Assembly: GCA_051313645.2 (NCBI GenBank)
Contig: JBNRSN020000002.1
Span: 516,832,001-516,896,000, forward strand
Reading direction: 5' to 3'
DNA: 64,000 bases
Origin: Centroscyllium fabricii
Lineage: Eukaryota
Both the position numbers and the translations under genes were made by a program. Below the pieces are notes generated by a model. That model was not told the DNA's origin. It saw only the letters and a list, made by a program, of their open reading frames with translations, and made no database searches. Positions 11,047 through 22,611 of the stretch are shown one piece after another. The number at the start of each line of letters is the position of its first letter. Within the stretch, counting starts at the first letter, position 1.

Positions 11047-11989
11047 TGCTTTCTGTCCTGAAGCCAGCTAGCTATCCATTCTGCTACTTGTCCCCTGACT
11101 CCACATTCTCTGACCTTATCCATCAGTCTATTATTGTGTACCTTATCGAAGGCCTTTTGACAATCCAGATAAATTACATCATCTGCATTGCCATTGTCTA
11201 CTCTCTCTGTTACCTCTTCAAAAAATTCACTAAGTTTGGTCAAGCAAGACTCTCCCTTTTGAAATCCATGCTGAGTATTCATTACTATGTTTCTAGATGC
11301 TCCTCTATTTCCTCCTTTAATAGAGATTCCATTATTTTTCTGACCACTGATGTTAAGCTGACTGGTCTATAATTCCCTGGACATGTTCTATCCCCCTTCT
11401 TAAATATCGGTGTTGACGTTAGCTATCCGCCAGTCCTCCGGTGCCTTTTCTCATCAATTATTAAATATGTGTAATAATGCCTCCGCTATCTCTTCCCTCG
11501 ATTCTTTTAAAATGCGTGGATGCAATCCATCCGGACCAGGGGTCTTATCCTCTTTGCGTTTGATTAGTTTATTTAATATATCCCCTTTTTTAATGCAATT
11601 ATCTCATTACTAATCTCATCATCCAATGTCATGTCCATCTGCTCTATCTCCCTGGTAAATATGGAAGCAAAATAATTATTTCTGCCATCTCTATCGTTAC
11701 CAGTGGTATTATCCTGTCTATCCCTTAATGGCCCTATTCCCATCGCAACCTTTTTTTTATTGATGTGTCTATAAAATATTTCTCTGGTTCGAGGTGATGA
11801 AACATTGAAGGACTTTAGAGAGGAAAGGGAGGTTGGAGATGGGCTGTCGTTTGCAATGGCAGAGTGGGGTGATGATGCGATGTTCAAGTAAATATACACG
11901 TGAATATACCTGCACTGTGTACTAAAATCAGTGCATGTGGCTGAAGCAATAGCGCTGTGGTCACACCTGTGGCTAGTTAACAATTTATA

Positions 11990-12420
11990 TTCAATTCAAT
12001 TCAAGTTTTATTGTCATTGCAGAGTACTAGTACAATACAACGAGACGAAGACTCGACTCTCCCGAGAGTAGTGCAAATAAATTACATGCAAATTTCATAC
12101 AGTAAAGTACATTATCAGGCGTGCAGGTACAGGAGTTTCTTTTTAGAGTTCAGGAGGCTGACAGCCCTGGGGAAGAAGCTGTTCTGAAATCTAGTCGTGC
12201 GGGTGCAAATTGCTCTGTAGCATCTCCCGGAGGGCAGGGGGGCGAACAGACTGTGGCTGGGGTGTGTGGGGTCTTTAATAATGTTCAGAGACATCCGTAA
12301 GCAGCGTTTGAGGTAGATGCTTTCCATTGACGGTAGCTGTGTACCGGTAATTCGTTGGGCAGTTTTGACTACCCGCTGCAGGGTTTTCCGGTCCGAGATA
12401 GTGCAATTCCCATACTGGAC
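11990..12420 (-). mobile_element. Rex1/Babar LINE 3' fragment
   Basis: Peptide IIKDPTHPSHSLFAPLPSGR..TTRFQNSFFPRAVSLLN and (TTGAA)n tail; sister copy at 50135-50765. Confidence 0.85.
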
Positions 12421-12474
12421 AACATTGTTTGATTATGAACAGCTAGGATCAAGTGATAGGCTGGAATGCAGATC

Positions 12475-12880
12475 TAGAAACATAGAAAATAGGAGCAGGA
12501 GTCGGCCCTTCGAGCCTGCTCCGCCATTCAATATGATCGTGGCTGATCCTCTCTCTCAATATCATATTCCCGCTCTCTCCCCAGACCCCTTGATGCCTTT
12601 TGTGTCTAGAAATCTATCGATCTCCTTCTTAAATATATTCAGTGACTTGGCCTCCACAGCCTTCCGTGGTGGAGAATTCCACAGGTTCACCAGCCTCTGA
12701 GTGAAGAAATTTCACCTCCTCTCAGTCCTAAATGTCCTACCCTGTATCCTGAGACTGTGACCCCTCGTTCTAGACACCCCCAGCCAGGGGAAACATCCTC
12801 CCTGCATCCAGTCTGTCTAGCCCTGTCAGAATGTTTTATGTTTCAATGAGATCCCCTCATTCTTCTAAACTCTAGTGAAT
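12475..12880 (-). mobile_element. CR1 LINE 3' fragment
   Basis: CR1 tail plus ORF2 C-terminal coding sequence matching other copies. Confidence 0.88.
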
Positions 12881-12884
12881 CTCT

Positions 12885-13235
12885 CTCCTTTTTTTGCTTG
12901 TCAATTTTCTCTCCTCCTGAAGATGCTAACTTCTTGCTGGGATATCGTTCTGCAGACTGGCTGCCATCTGGTACCTCATCTGTCAGCCGAGACCATAAGT
13001 GTTGTCAAGCTATGCAGGGGTGTCACTGCCGAGCTTGATTCTGCACTCAGTTGTCCAGTGAGACACTTTTGGGTCGAGGGTCATTGTCTAATCATTGGGA
13101 TCAGGAAGCCTTTAATAGGGAAAATTGTAGAGCGTCTACTACTGCTCTGGTTGTAATGAGCAAATTCAGCACAGGCTGAGGATTGAAATTGGGCCTTTGG
13201 TGGTCTCTAGCTCAGCTGCGAATTGCCTTAGCCAT
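12885..13235 (-). mobile_element. Ancient degenerate SINE-like repeat (related copies near 18150-18330, 19120-19350, 19740-20110, 43740-44100)
   Basis: Recurring degenerate motifs (..GTGCTGAGTT/AATTTGCT.., ..AGGATCAGGCTT/ACAGGATTGGGTTTG.., GTCAGCTTCAGGAG..) among these loci; family not named. Confidence 0.45.
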
Positions 13236-14246
13236 GCAGTGATGATCCTAAATTTTAAAAGAATTCGAGAGTGTATGTAACTGTAGCAAGTGCTCGAAAT
13301 ATTGTAAGAATTCTAAAGTTTCTGCTGTGTAACTAGAAAAAATAGCTGAAATCTGGGTGCTAAGAGAATGATTTAATTGTAAACTAAATGTCCATTATTG
13401 GAGTACTCGGGGCATATTCCTTTTATAGCAAGCTTGGTGGTATTTTGTTCACATTATATGTTGAATAATGGAATTGTAAAGTGCTGACAAACTCTGTTCC
13501 AGTGTGAGCTTGCAAAAAGTACCATGAATGTAATCTGGAATTACTGCTTGCTTGGGGCTTTGCTTTTAAAACTCAGCAGTCTACAGAACAAGTAACGGAT
13601 CTGCAAATTGACATGGGCCATTGTAGGAAGTACAGCAAATTTTCAGTTGTGAATTTGCAACCTATTTTGTATTAATTGAGCATTTTATTCATTCGAATCA
13701 GATTTCAAAGTAGAAATGACTATATTCATTCATTTTCTGGAATTCCAAACTGGAAGATTTACATCAGGTTGATCAATTAACTTCAGCATAAATTCTGCAG
13801 GAATGTGCAAGCTAAACCTCGATTTTTAATTGATTGTCTGGTCTGCATTCAAATTCAATCTCATTATTAGGTTTATAAAAACTAGTTGTTGTGAAATCTG
13901 ACTTGTCCTGGGTGTAAAGGCGTGAGTCATCTATGCACTGACAGCTTTATGTCTGGTACGCAACCTGGAAGCATAAAATCAGACAACTAGAAGAAATTTT
14001 GTAAAGCTACGAGATGGTTAGACAGACTACATGTAAGTGCAAAGCCATTTTCTGAAGCAATATGTAGAGAACTTCAAAGTGCAGTACTGTATAATTCTTA
14101 GTTGTGTTGTAGATGTTATTGGATTTTTTCAATTTGAAAATTAAACTTGAGAAGCAGTTTGAGTAGCGATGGTGTCAAATCTTCTTAGTCTGAAATGCGA
14201 GGACTTTGTACCTGCAGCATTCCCTTTGGTGTTTATTGCACCTGTT

Positions 14247-14527
14247 AAGGATTGCACACTTCACACGTGGCGGCTGCTATTTATCGTGAGGTGAGCCGTC
14301 CATTGTGCCAAGACTTTGCTCTGTCAAACCCGTGTGGTGGCTGGTGTGCAGCGGCCACCCCACGTTAAAAGAATTCCCACACCGGCATCTTCCACCCTTT
14401 AAAATGAAGTCTGGGACCTGGAACGTCAGGACCCTCATGGCTCGCATTGGACTCATCAGTCACCTGAGAACTCATTTTAAATGTGGAAGCAAGTCATCCT
14501 CGGTTCCCAGGGACTGCCTAAGAAGAA
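14247..14527 (+). mobile_element. Internally deleted RTE-clade non-autonomous element
   Basis: 5' UTR, ORF start MKSGTWNVRTLM fused to C-terminal RIGLISHLRTHF, (AAG)n tail, CTGTT TSD (14242-14246, 14528-14532). Confidence 0.82.
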
Positions 14528-14789
14528 CTGTTGTCTGTTCTGTCACTATTCCAGCAGCCCAGCTGCAAAGATTGTATCAATGGCAGCACTACCTGAGCCT
14601 CAGTACCTCTGCTGACTGTCACCTCTGTTTGCTTTGATATGTACCTGTAGAATACTGTTTTCTTGGATATGGAGCAGGAATGATATTGCCAAAATTCTTG
14701 AGGAAAGATTAAACCTCTGTTGGTATCATACTTGATATTTTGCACTCTCTGAATTAAGTGGACATAAAAGATCTTGTGGCATATTCGAA

Positions 14790-14990
14790 GAGCCGGGAAT
14801 TCTTCCAGTTCACCCATCACCCCGTGTTCGTTGACCTACATTGGCTCCCATTCCAGCAACACCTCGATTTTTAAAATTCTGATCCTTGTGTTGAAATTCC
14901 TCCATGGCCTCGCCCCCCCCCTCCCTCCTCGTAACCTGCTCCAGGCCTGCAACCCTCCAAAAACTCTACATTTTTCCAATTCTGCCCTCT
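14790..14990 (+). mobile_element. L2-type LINE 3' fragment (continues at 16380-16690 after the CR1 insertion)
   Basis: SPITP..LHWLP-like and FKILILVLKFLHGLAPP peptide; downstream GCCTTCAGCTG..CTCTGGAATTC. Confidence 0.75.
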
Positions 14991-14991
14991 T

Positions 14992-16380
14992 AGAGTCATA
15001 GAGTTTTACAGCACAGAAAGAGGCCCTTCGGCCCATCGCGTCCGTGCCGCCCATCAATCCCAGTCTATTCTAATCCCATTTTCCCACATTTGGTCCATAG
15101 CCTTGTATGCTATGGCATTTCAAGTGCTCATCCAAATGCTTTTTGAATGTTGTGAGGGTTCCTGCCTCTACCACCCTCTCAGGCAGTGAGTTCCAGATTC
15201 CAAACACCCTCTGGGTGAAAAAGTTCTTCCTCACATCCCCACGATACCTCCTGCCCCTTACCCTAAAATTATGCCCTCTTGTTATTGACCCCTCTACCAA
15301 GGGGAAAAGTTCCACTCCATCCACCTTATCTATTCCCCTCATAATTTTGTACACCTCAATCAGGTACCCCCTCAGCCTCCTCTGCTCCAAGGAAAGCAAC
15401 CCCAGCCTGTCCAGTCTCTCTTCAAAGCTGAGGCTCCCCAGCCCAGGCAGCATCCTGGTGAATCTCCTCTGCACCCTCTCCAAAGCTATTCCATCCTTCC
15501 TATAGTGTGGCGACCAGAACTGCACACAGTATTCCAGCTGTGGTCTTACCAGCGTTTTGTACAGCTCCATCATAACCTCCCTGCTCTTATATTCTATTCC
15601 TCGGCTAATGAAGGCAAGTATCCCATATGCCTTCTTAACCACCTTATCCACCTGTCCTGCTGCCTTCAGGGATCTGTGTACCTGCACACCAAAGTCCCTC
15701 TGATCCTCTGTCTTCCCTAGCGTCCTACCATTCATGGTGTATTCCCTTGCCATGTTAGACCTACCGAAATGCATCACCTCACACTTTTCAGGATTAAATT
15801 CCATTTGCCACTGTTCCGCCCATCTTACCAACTCATCTATGTCGTCCTGCATGTTGCGGATTTCCTCATCAGTATTTACCAACCCCCCAACTTTTGTGTC
15901 ATCTGCAAACTTACTGATCATGCCTTTTACATTAATATCTGGGCGGCATGGTGGCACAGTGGTTAGCACTGTTGCCTTACAGCACTAGAGACCCGGGTTC
16001 AAATCCAGCCTCGGGTACTATCTGTGTGGAGTTTGCACATTCTCCCCGTGTCTGCGTGGGTTTCCTCCGGGTGCTCCGGTTTCCTCCCACAGTCCAAAAA
16101 TGTGCGGGTTAGGTTGATTGGCCATAATAAATTAACCCTTAGTGTTAGGGCGATTGAATGTGTGGGGTTGCAGGGATGGGGTGGAATGTGTGTCGGTACA
16201 TGCTCGGGAGGGATCGAGGGAGGGGGGGGGGTGGGGGGCAGGGTCAGCCATGGATGATCAGCCATGATCTCATTGAATGGCGGAGCAGGCTCGAAGGGCC
16301 GAATGACCTACTCCTGCTCCTATCTTCTATGTTTCTATCTAAATCATTAATATAGACTGCAAACAGCAAGGGACCTAATA
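14992..16380 (-). mobile_element. CR1 LINE 3' portion with open ORF2 C-terminus (15070-15940), split by a SINE
   Basis: [41 protein letters not shown]; LGPLLFAVYINDLD resumes beyond the SINE. Confidence 0.93.
15941..16336 (+). mobile_element. HE1-type V-SINE, full length
   Basis: GGGCGGCATGGTGGCACAGTGG head, B box GGTTCAAATCC, V-domain, CR1 tail ending TTCTATGTTTCT. Confidence 0.92.
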
Positions 16381-16745
16381 TCCTTCGCCCACTTCAATGG
16401 CGGTTGTGCCTTCAGCTGGCTCGGCCCTTAACTCTGGAATTCTTTCCCCAAACCTCTCTGCCCTTCTACCCCTCTCTTTATTTACTTAATTGGCTATAAA
16501 GCACTTTGGGATGTTCTGAGGTTGTGAAAGGCACTACACAGATGCAAGTCTTTTTTTTAAAGACGCTCTTTATGACCTACCTCTGACCAAGCTTTTAGTC
16601 ACCTGTCTTAATATCTTATGTGGCTCAGTGTCAAATTCTGGCTGTGAAGTGCCTTGGGATGGTTTTCTACGTTGAAGGTGTTATATAAATACAAATGCAA
16701 GAAGTCACACAACACCAGGTTATAGTCCAACAGTTTTATTTTAAA

Positions 16746-16783
16746 TCACAAGCTTTCGGAGCGTCTGCCCCTTCGTCAGGTGA
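16746..16783 (-). ncRNA. Minimal type I hammerhead ribozyme motif (Penelope type)
   Basis: - strand UCAC-CUGACGA-A-GGGGC-AGAC-GCUCC-GAAA-GC-UU-GUGA: conserved core, stem II, stem I UCAC/GUGA. Confidence 0.8.
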
Positions 16784-16893
16784 AAGAGAGAGACTGACTT
16801 GAAGAACGCACATATGGAACGAAGGGAGAAATGTGGGAGAGATCGGATTTCTCCCATCGTCCTATATGTGCGTTCTTCAAGTCAGTCTCTCTT

Positions 16894-16931
16894 TCACCTG
16901 ACGAAGGGGCAAAAGCTCCGAAAGCTTGTGA
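16894..16931 (+). ncRNA. Minimal type I hammerhead ribozyme motif (Penelope type)
   Basis: UCAC-CUGACGA-A-GGGGC-AAAA-GCUCC-GAAA-GC-UU-GUGA. Confidence 0.8.
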
Positions 16932-17626
16932 TTTAAAATAAAACTGTTGGACTATAACCTGGTGTTGTGTGACTTCTTGCATTTGTCCACCCCAGTCCAA
17001 CACCGGCACCTCCACATCATATAAATACAAGTTGTTGTGTCTTGTAATACATTCCTTGCTCAACCAACACCGCTACCAAAAAACAGATGATCCCGGTTGT
17101 TCATTTGTTTGCTGTTTGGGGCCTTGCTGTTGCGTTTGGCTGCATAACAGTGATTGCACTTAAAAGGTAATGAATTGATTGTCATGCTCTGGAACATCCT
17201 GAGTGCGATGAGGTGCTCAATCAATGCTTTTTCTCCTTTCCCTCCATTCATCCATATGAGGTTTGCAATACGAAGGCTACCTGATCTGGCACTGCTGTCG
17301 TCCATCTTTAGATTGACTGTTGTTGAATAGGGTTCCAGTCAGGTTCCCAGCAATCTCAATTTATCCACTTGATTCTTTTTCTTTGGGTTTTCCTCACTAC
17401 AGATATGCTATCACTGTGACCTTGAAGAAGAAGAATTAGCTTGGCAATCTCATGATCTCACCCATTCTGAAGATTTGGCTTTGATATCTTTTTAATACAG
17501 ATTTTTAAATTTCCATGTTGTTTGATTTTCTTTTCAACCTACACACATCAAGATGCCAGCGAAATCAAGTACGCTTGAGTACCCTTGGATACATAATTCA
17601 ATGAGTTATTGGATTAAAAATATATG

Positions 17627-18113
17627 TCAAGTGGATAAATTGAGGTTTAGCTTGCACATTCTTGCAGAATTTATGCTGAAATTAATTGATCAACCTGATG
17701 TAAATCTTCCAGTTTGTAATTCCAGAAAATGAATGAATAATTTCTATTTTGAAATCTGATTCGAATGAATAAAATGCTCAATTAATACAAAATAGGTTGC
17801 AAATTCACAACTGAAAATTTGCTGTACTTCCTATAATTGCCTTTCACAACCTCAGAACATCCCAAAGATGAACGACAGCAGTGCCAGATCAGGTAGCCTT
17901 CGTATTGCAAACCTCATGGATGAATGGAGGGAAAGGAGAAAAAGCATTGATTGAGCACCTCATCACACTCCGGACGTTCCAGAGCATGATAATCAATTCA
18001 TTACCTTTTAAGTGCAATCACTGTTATGCAGCCAAACGCAACAGCAAGGCCCCAAACAGCAAACAAATGAACAACTGGGATCATCTGTTTTTTGGTAGCG
18101 GTGTTGGTTCAGC
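17627..18113 (-). repeat. Patchwork of four inverted copies of nearby sequence
   Basis: Reverse complements of 17355-17372, 13616-13825, 16504-16533 and 17058-17309, in that order. Confidence 0.88.
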
Positions 18114-18714
18114 TTATATATATAATATTACATACAGCTTGTTTATCCGGTAAGAGTAGAATCACATGGAAGGGCTCGGGGGTCGAACTGTGGTCTGTGC
18201 TGAGGTGGCTGATCTCGTCCAGAAATCAGCCATGGTTCAGCTGATGGTTATCCAATGGCCCCTGCTGTAAGTGCTTTGTGTGTGGAGAGAGTTTGACTTG
18301 GCTGTGATGGTTCCCATTGACTCTCCTTACTTTCATTACCAGGGAGAACGTATTGAAATCCTGAATACTTGGCTTGTGCTGTCTGAAGCTAAAGTTAGGA
18401 AAGCTCAGATTGTCTTAAAACACATTGGAAAGATTTCAGAAATAGGGCCCAAAAAAGGAATGTGTATGCCAAAGTTTCAACTTTCACCTCTCTCTGGGTG
18501 AACTATTACCGGTATCTGTTTTGGGTGTGGAGAAAATGAGATAATTGGGTCAATTGTGTATTATTGGCATGGCCTAAATGCATTTTACACACAGAGCTCA
18601 CATGTCATTCAGTTTCACCTGCCCATTATTTGTTCTAATGCAAGTGTTGGTCACAACATGCTGAACAGCCTGTTGGAATAATGTACCTTAAGTGCTCTCT
18701 GTTCAGGTTTCCCT

Positions 18715-19025
18715 GCCTTGTGCTTCTCTAATTCTGCTCTCTTGAGTATCCCTGATTATAATCACTCCCGTACCATTGGTGGCCGTGTCTTCTGTTGCCT
18801 GGGCCCTAAGCTCTGGAATTCCCTGCTTGAACCTCTCCGCCTCGCTACTTCTCTTTCCTCCTTTAAGACGCTCCTTAAAGCCTACCTATTTGACCAAGCT
18901 TTTGGTCACCTGCCCTAAATTATTCTTATGTGGCTCTGTGTCAAATTTTTTATTTTTTAAGACTCTTATGAAGCACCTTGGGATGTTTTACGATGTTAAA
19001 GGCGCTATATAAATACAAGTTGTCG
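18715..19025 (+). mobile_element. L2-type LINE 3' end
   Basis: TIGGRVF..LGPKLWNSL..FKTLLKAYLFDQAF peptide; tail AAAGGCGCTATATAAATACAAGTTG. Confidence 0.82.
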
Positions 19026-20682
19026 TCGTATGCAAAGTGAAGAGTAAAATGAATACCTTTTTAGGTAGTTACAAAATCTCTGCTGAACCTGCTGAGGGCT
19101 AAAGTAGAATAATTTCCTAATAGCTCCCCAATGGCTCAGCGTGTTTATCCAGTGACTCCGACCTATGCTGAGTTGAGTTATCAGTGCGACTCAACCGAGG
19201 CGGAAATAGGGGAACTAAAAATAGTCTCGGCATTCTCTGTTGCACAGGAAAAACTGGGCAGTGTTTCTGCATTCTCCATCACTTTATTAGAAGTGTAAGT
19301 GTGTGACCATTGTGTGGGGACAGGATTGGGTTTGACGATGCCCCCCCCCCCCCCCCCAATTACAAACTTTGGCCTTTGTACCAAGACGAGCTGGATGATG
19401 GGGTGGTGGTGTCTGGGGTGTATGTGAAATGTGTACCCTGGTGAAGCCTCACAGAGGGACTGGTATGTTCAGATTTTTGGCTGTGCTGCAGGTAGCGGTT
19501 CCTATTTGACCGGTGGGATTGTGTTTTATGCTGGTGTGCAGATGACTATGGTTAGAGAATGGTATCTTGCTGGAGGCCTTCTCAGATTCGCACAACTTTG
19601 AGCAAATTTAGAGCTGGAACAAGAAGGACATCATAAAGATAGGTTGAACTTTTGACTTTTCAGAAATTAGTTGAGAATCTAACTCTCTTAAATTGAACAC
19701 TACTTGCTGAATCTCTAATCTCTAATGCAGCCTGACTCCCTTAGAGCCTTGCCTCTATTACCTGAAGCCACAGCATGTCTAGCAGATGCCCCCATACTCG
19801 ACTGCATCACCTTCCTCCTGAGCATGGACAGTTAATGCTGGTGGGCTGATCAGGTCATGTGGAGAATGATAACCAAGCCTGATCCTGGCCTTGCACAGTA
19901 TCCACACAAATGGACTTTTAGTGATGATGGCTGGCGAGCTGATCAGGAGCTGGAAACCTTGCCAGGGTTGGTGTTTATTATTTCCTGTATCCCTGTGCCC
20001 TGGCATGCTGAAGCTTTGAAGTGAGAGCTGAGATGGGCAATTCTGGGCAGCTGAACTGGGACATTCTGATCTGCATGAACCAGTAACACATGGTGCTTCA
20101 TCCACTGAGCCAAAGGAGAAACTTAGTTAAATTACTGCACAAAATCACTTTAAAGGAGGTAAAGCACTGAGAAATGTTTATTATAGACTATGAAAAGCAA
20201 TTGAGAAATTTAGTATTGAGCCCATTAACACTCGTCTCTTTGATTTTACACTGTAATTGAGGACATGACTGGAAGAATGCTATTTTTTTACTTCTATAGT
20301 GTTAGGTACACGTCAGAGTAAATAAACTACCACAACAATCTCTGTGCAGAGTACATCCTTTTGTTTTCACTCCAGTTTTAATTTGATTTATATCAAGGGC
20401 AATCTGAAACTTTCTGACATGCTGACATTTTGTTTGTATGTAGTACAGTTTGAGAAACACAATGTATCCAAGATAAACTTTTTCTTTCTATAAAGATTGT
20501 CTTATTGGTTTAATCCCATTAATTGGTGCAACTTTAGAATTTTGAACATAATACTGATTTGTTGACCAATTTGTTTCTGCCAGTCCTTCAGTTATTTTGT
20601 CAGTGCAGTCTGCAGGGTGCTCAATGAATTATACATGAAAGATGCATTTTAGTTCAAATTAAGTTGTAATTTATTAAATTGT

Positions 20683-20846
20683 AACAAAAACAGAAAATGC
20701 AGGAAACGCACCGGTTAATCGGCATCGACGGAGAAGCCAAGTTACCGTGTGTTCTGAGAAGGGGTTACGCTCAGTGCATTCGCTTGTCGATTCTTTCTAC
20801 AGGTGCTGACTGACCTGTGCGTTTCCAACATTTTCTGTTTTTGTTT
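20683..20846. mobile_element. Short degenerate Penelope-derived foldback
   Basis: AACAAAAACAGAAAATG / CATTTTCTGTTTTTGTT inverted termini resembling the 56051-56500 element. Confidence 0.6.
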
Positions 20847-22611
20847 AACGTTTATAGTATTTCATAGTTTTTTGGGGGATAAAATTTGCAGATTTAACAA
20901 ATAAAAAAGAAAGTGTGTTCTTTGTGGTGAGCTTTTGCAGAACCTTGACATGCAAATGATCAGGTTAATGCACGTTGGGTGCAGTTTGACTGAATACTTG
21001 TGATATTTCTATATTGGAGTTGGCAGTCCTGAGTGAGTGAGACTGAAACCTGTGCTGCTCTCCTGTTTTCAGTTTTGTAGCCGCAGCCAATAGGTTTACA
21101 CTATCAGTCGTTGGTAAAAGGCAGCACAAGCTTGAATCTGCACACCTAGATTTGGGCAGAGCGAACAATACCTGTACTTTTAAGATGCATAAAAATGTCG
21201 GCATGTGCACCGGCCCTGCTTTGTCAGTGAGTGCCAGAGATGGTGGGAGTATTGTGCTCTTGCTGGCAATGGCACTCTTGCAGTGTAAAAGCTCTTTAAT
21301 GATGTTGCCAAAAGGACAGCACTGCAAAAGGTTTTCTCCCTGAGTCTGCATGTGGCCAAGTTGACGAGGAACCTGCATGTAGGCTTTTGCTAGTGCTGTT
21401 CTGTGCCATCTGGTAGTACGTGACCGAGAGAGAGTGCTGACTCTCTCACAACATCCTGGCTGGAAATCAGGGACTTGGAGCAAGAACACAACTCTCAGTA
21501 TCTCCTGTCACACAGTTACCAATTGCATCTCCTCACTTTTTAAAATATATTTTCACTACTCCTTTCTGCACAGATTTAAAATGCAATTGTCTAGCGGTGA
21601 TGCTTATAACAGAGTTCATGTTTAAATGACTTGTTCTGTAAGAACCAGTCTTAAGTATTGCAGGGATATGTATCCTGTAAAATGGGGAGGGGGAAGGGGA
21701 AATTACTGGCAGTTTTTATTTAATTGCTGGCTGCTGGTGACATGGGCAAAGCTATATTTATTGCCTATTCCCATTTGCACTGAGAAGGTGGTGATGGACC
21801 TTCTTCATAAGTACTTAATTGGCTGTAAAGTGCTTTTGGACATACTGGGTCATGAAAACTACTATATAAATGCAAGTTCTTTTTCTTTCTTGGATTGGCT
21901 GCTTCCATCAGAAAGTTGGGATGGGAAGATTACTACCCGAGTGATATCCTTTCTTTATTGGGATCTATTAATCTTGTAAAATTGATTATAGTTGTAAGAT
22001 GTTTGTGATTTATATGATGTTTACTCCTGATAATGGCTGGGAACTATTTTGTGACTTTGTACGCTCCTAATGTTGGTGCTGGGACATTGAATATTTGTAT
22101 TCCAGGCGCCTAACGTCCACATCAAGCCGTCCTTTCAGACTGTGGTTAGATGCACACTAAAGCCTCTTCTCTGCTCTAACAATGTATCCCAGGTTCCCAC
22201 AATGTATCCCAGGTTCCCACAGCAGGCAATTTCTACCCTCTGATTCAGATTGCCAATTTAGTGTCACTTTGTGTTGAATTAGGGGCAGTTTGGTGCCATC
22301 GGCTGCTCCCTCGTGAGAGCTTGACTAAGTTTGCCCAAATTCACTGGCCCTCTACAGCCAACAAAGGAAACTTTTATCCTGGAATACAATAGGAAATGCA
22401 CAGCAGGCCAGTTAGTATTTTAAAAGAGAAATGTCCGGTTGTAACCTTTTGTATGTGTAACCCTTGATCAGAATGGTCAGAAGGCTGGTATCTAAGCCAT
22501 TGTGCTACCCAGTCCCCTAATAAATTTGATATGTGCTTTGAAATGGCATCTGCTGTAAGATTATGGTTTGTGGGTCAGTGTCAAAGTGCCCATCAAAGGT
22601 AATACGACCAA

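Larger units (their letters stand above)
8122..11785 (-). mobile_element. CR1 LINE, 5'-truncated and disrupted ORF2, interrupted by a pogo-like composite (8547-10075) and a SINE (10681-11046)
   Basis: RT peptides [42 protein letters not shown] and C-terminal FFTQRVVRMWNSLP. Confidence 0.9.
16695..17018. mobile_element. Penelope-derived foldback non-autonomous element
   Basis: Inverted arms about 16691-16830 / 16848-16986; 12-bp TSD ATATAAATACAA (16683-16694, 17019-17030); same terminal sequence as the GIY-YIG-bearing element at 42032-43224. Confidence 0.88.

Noticed and set aside
15941-16020. tRNA genes suggested by A/B boxes
   Set aside because: These are SINE heads followed by V-domain and CR1 tails, not complete tRNAs.
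20965-21489. 174-aa ORF in unique DNA
   Set aside because: No motif, non-ATG start, no convincing splice context; likely chance. The region could still be a conserved non-coding element.
22179-22219. 20-bp tandem duplication CAATGTATCCCAGGTTCCCA x2
   Set aside because: Ordinary local slippage within an old repeat.
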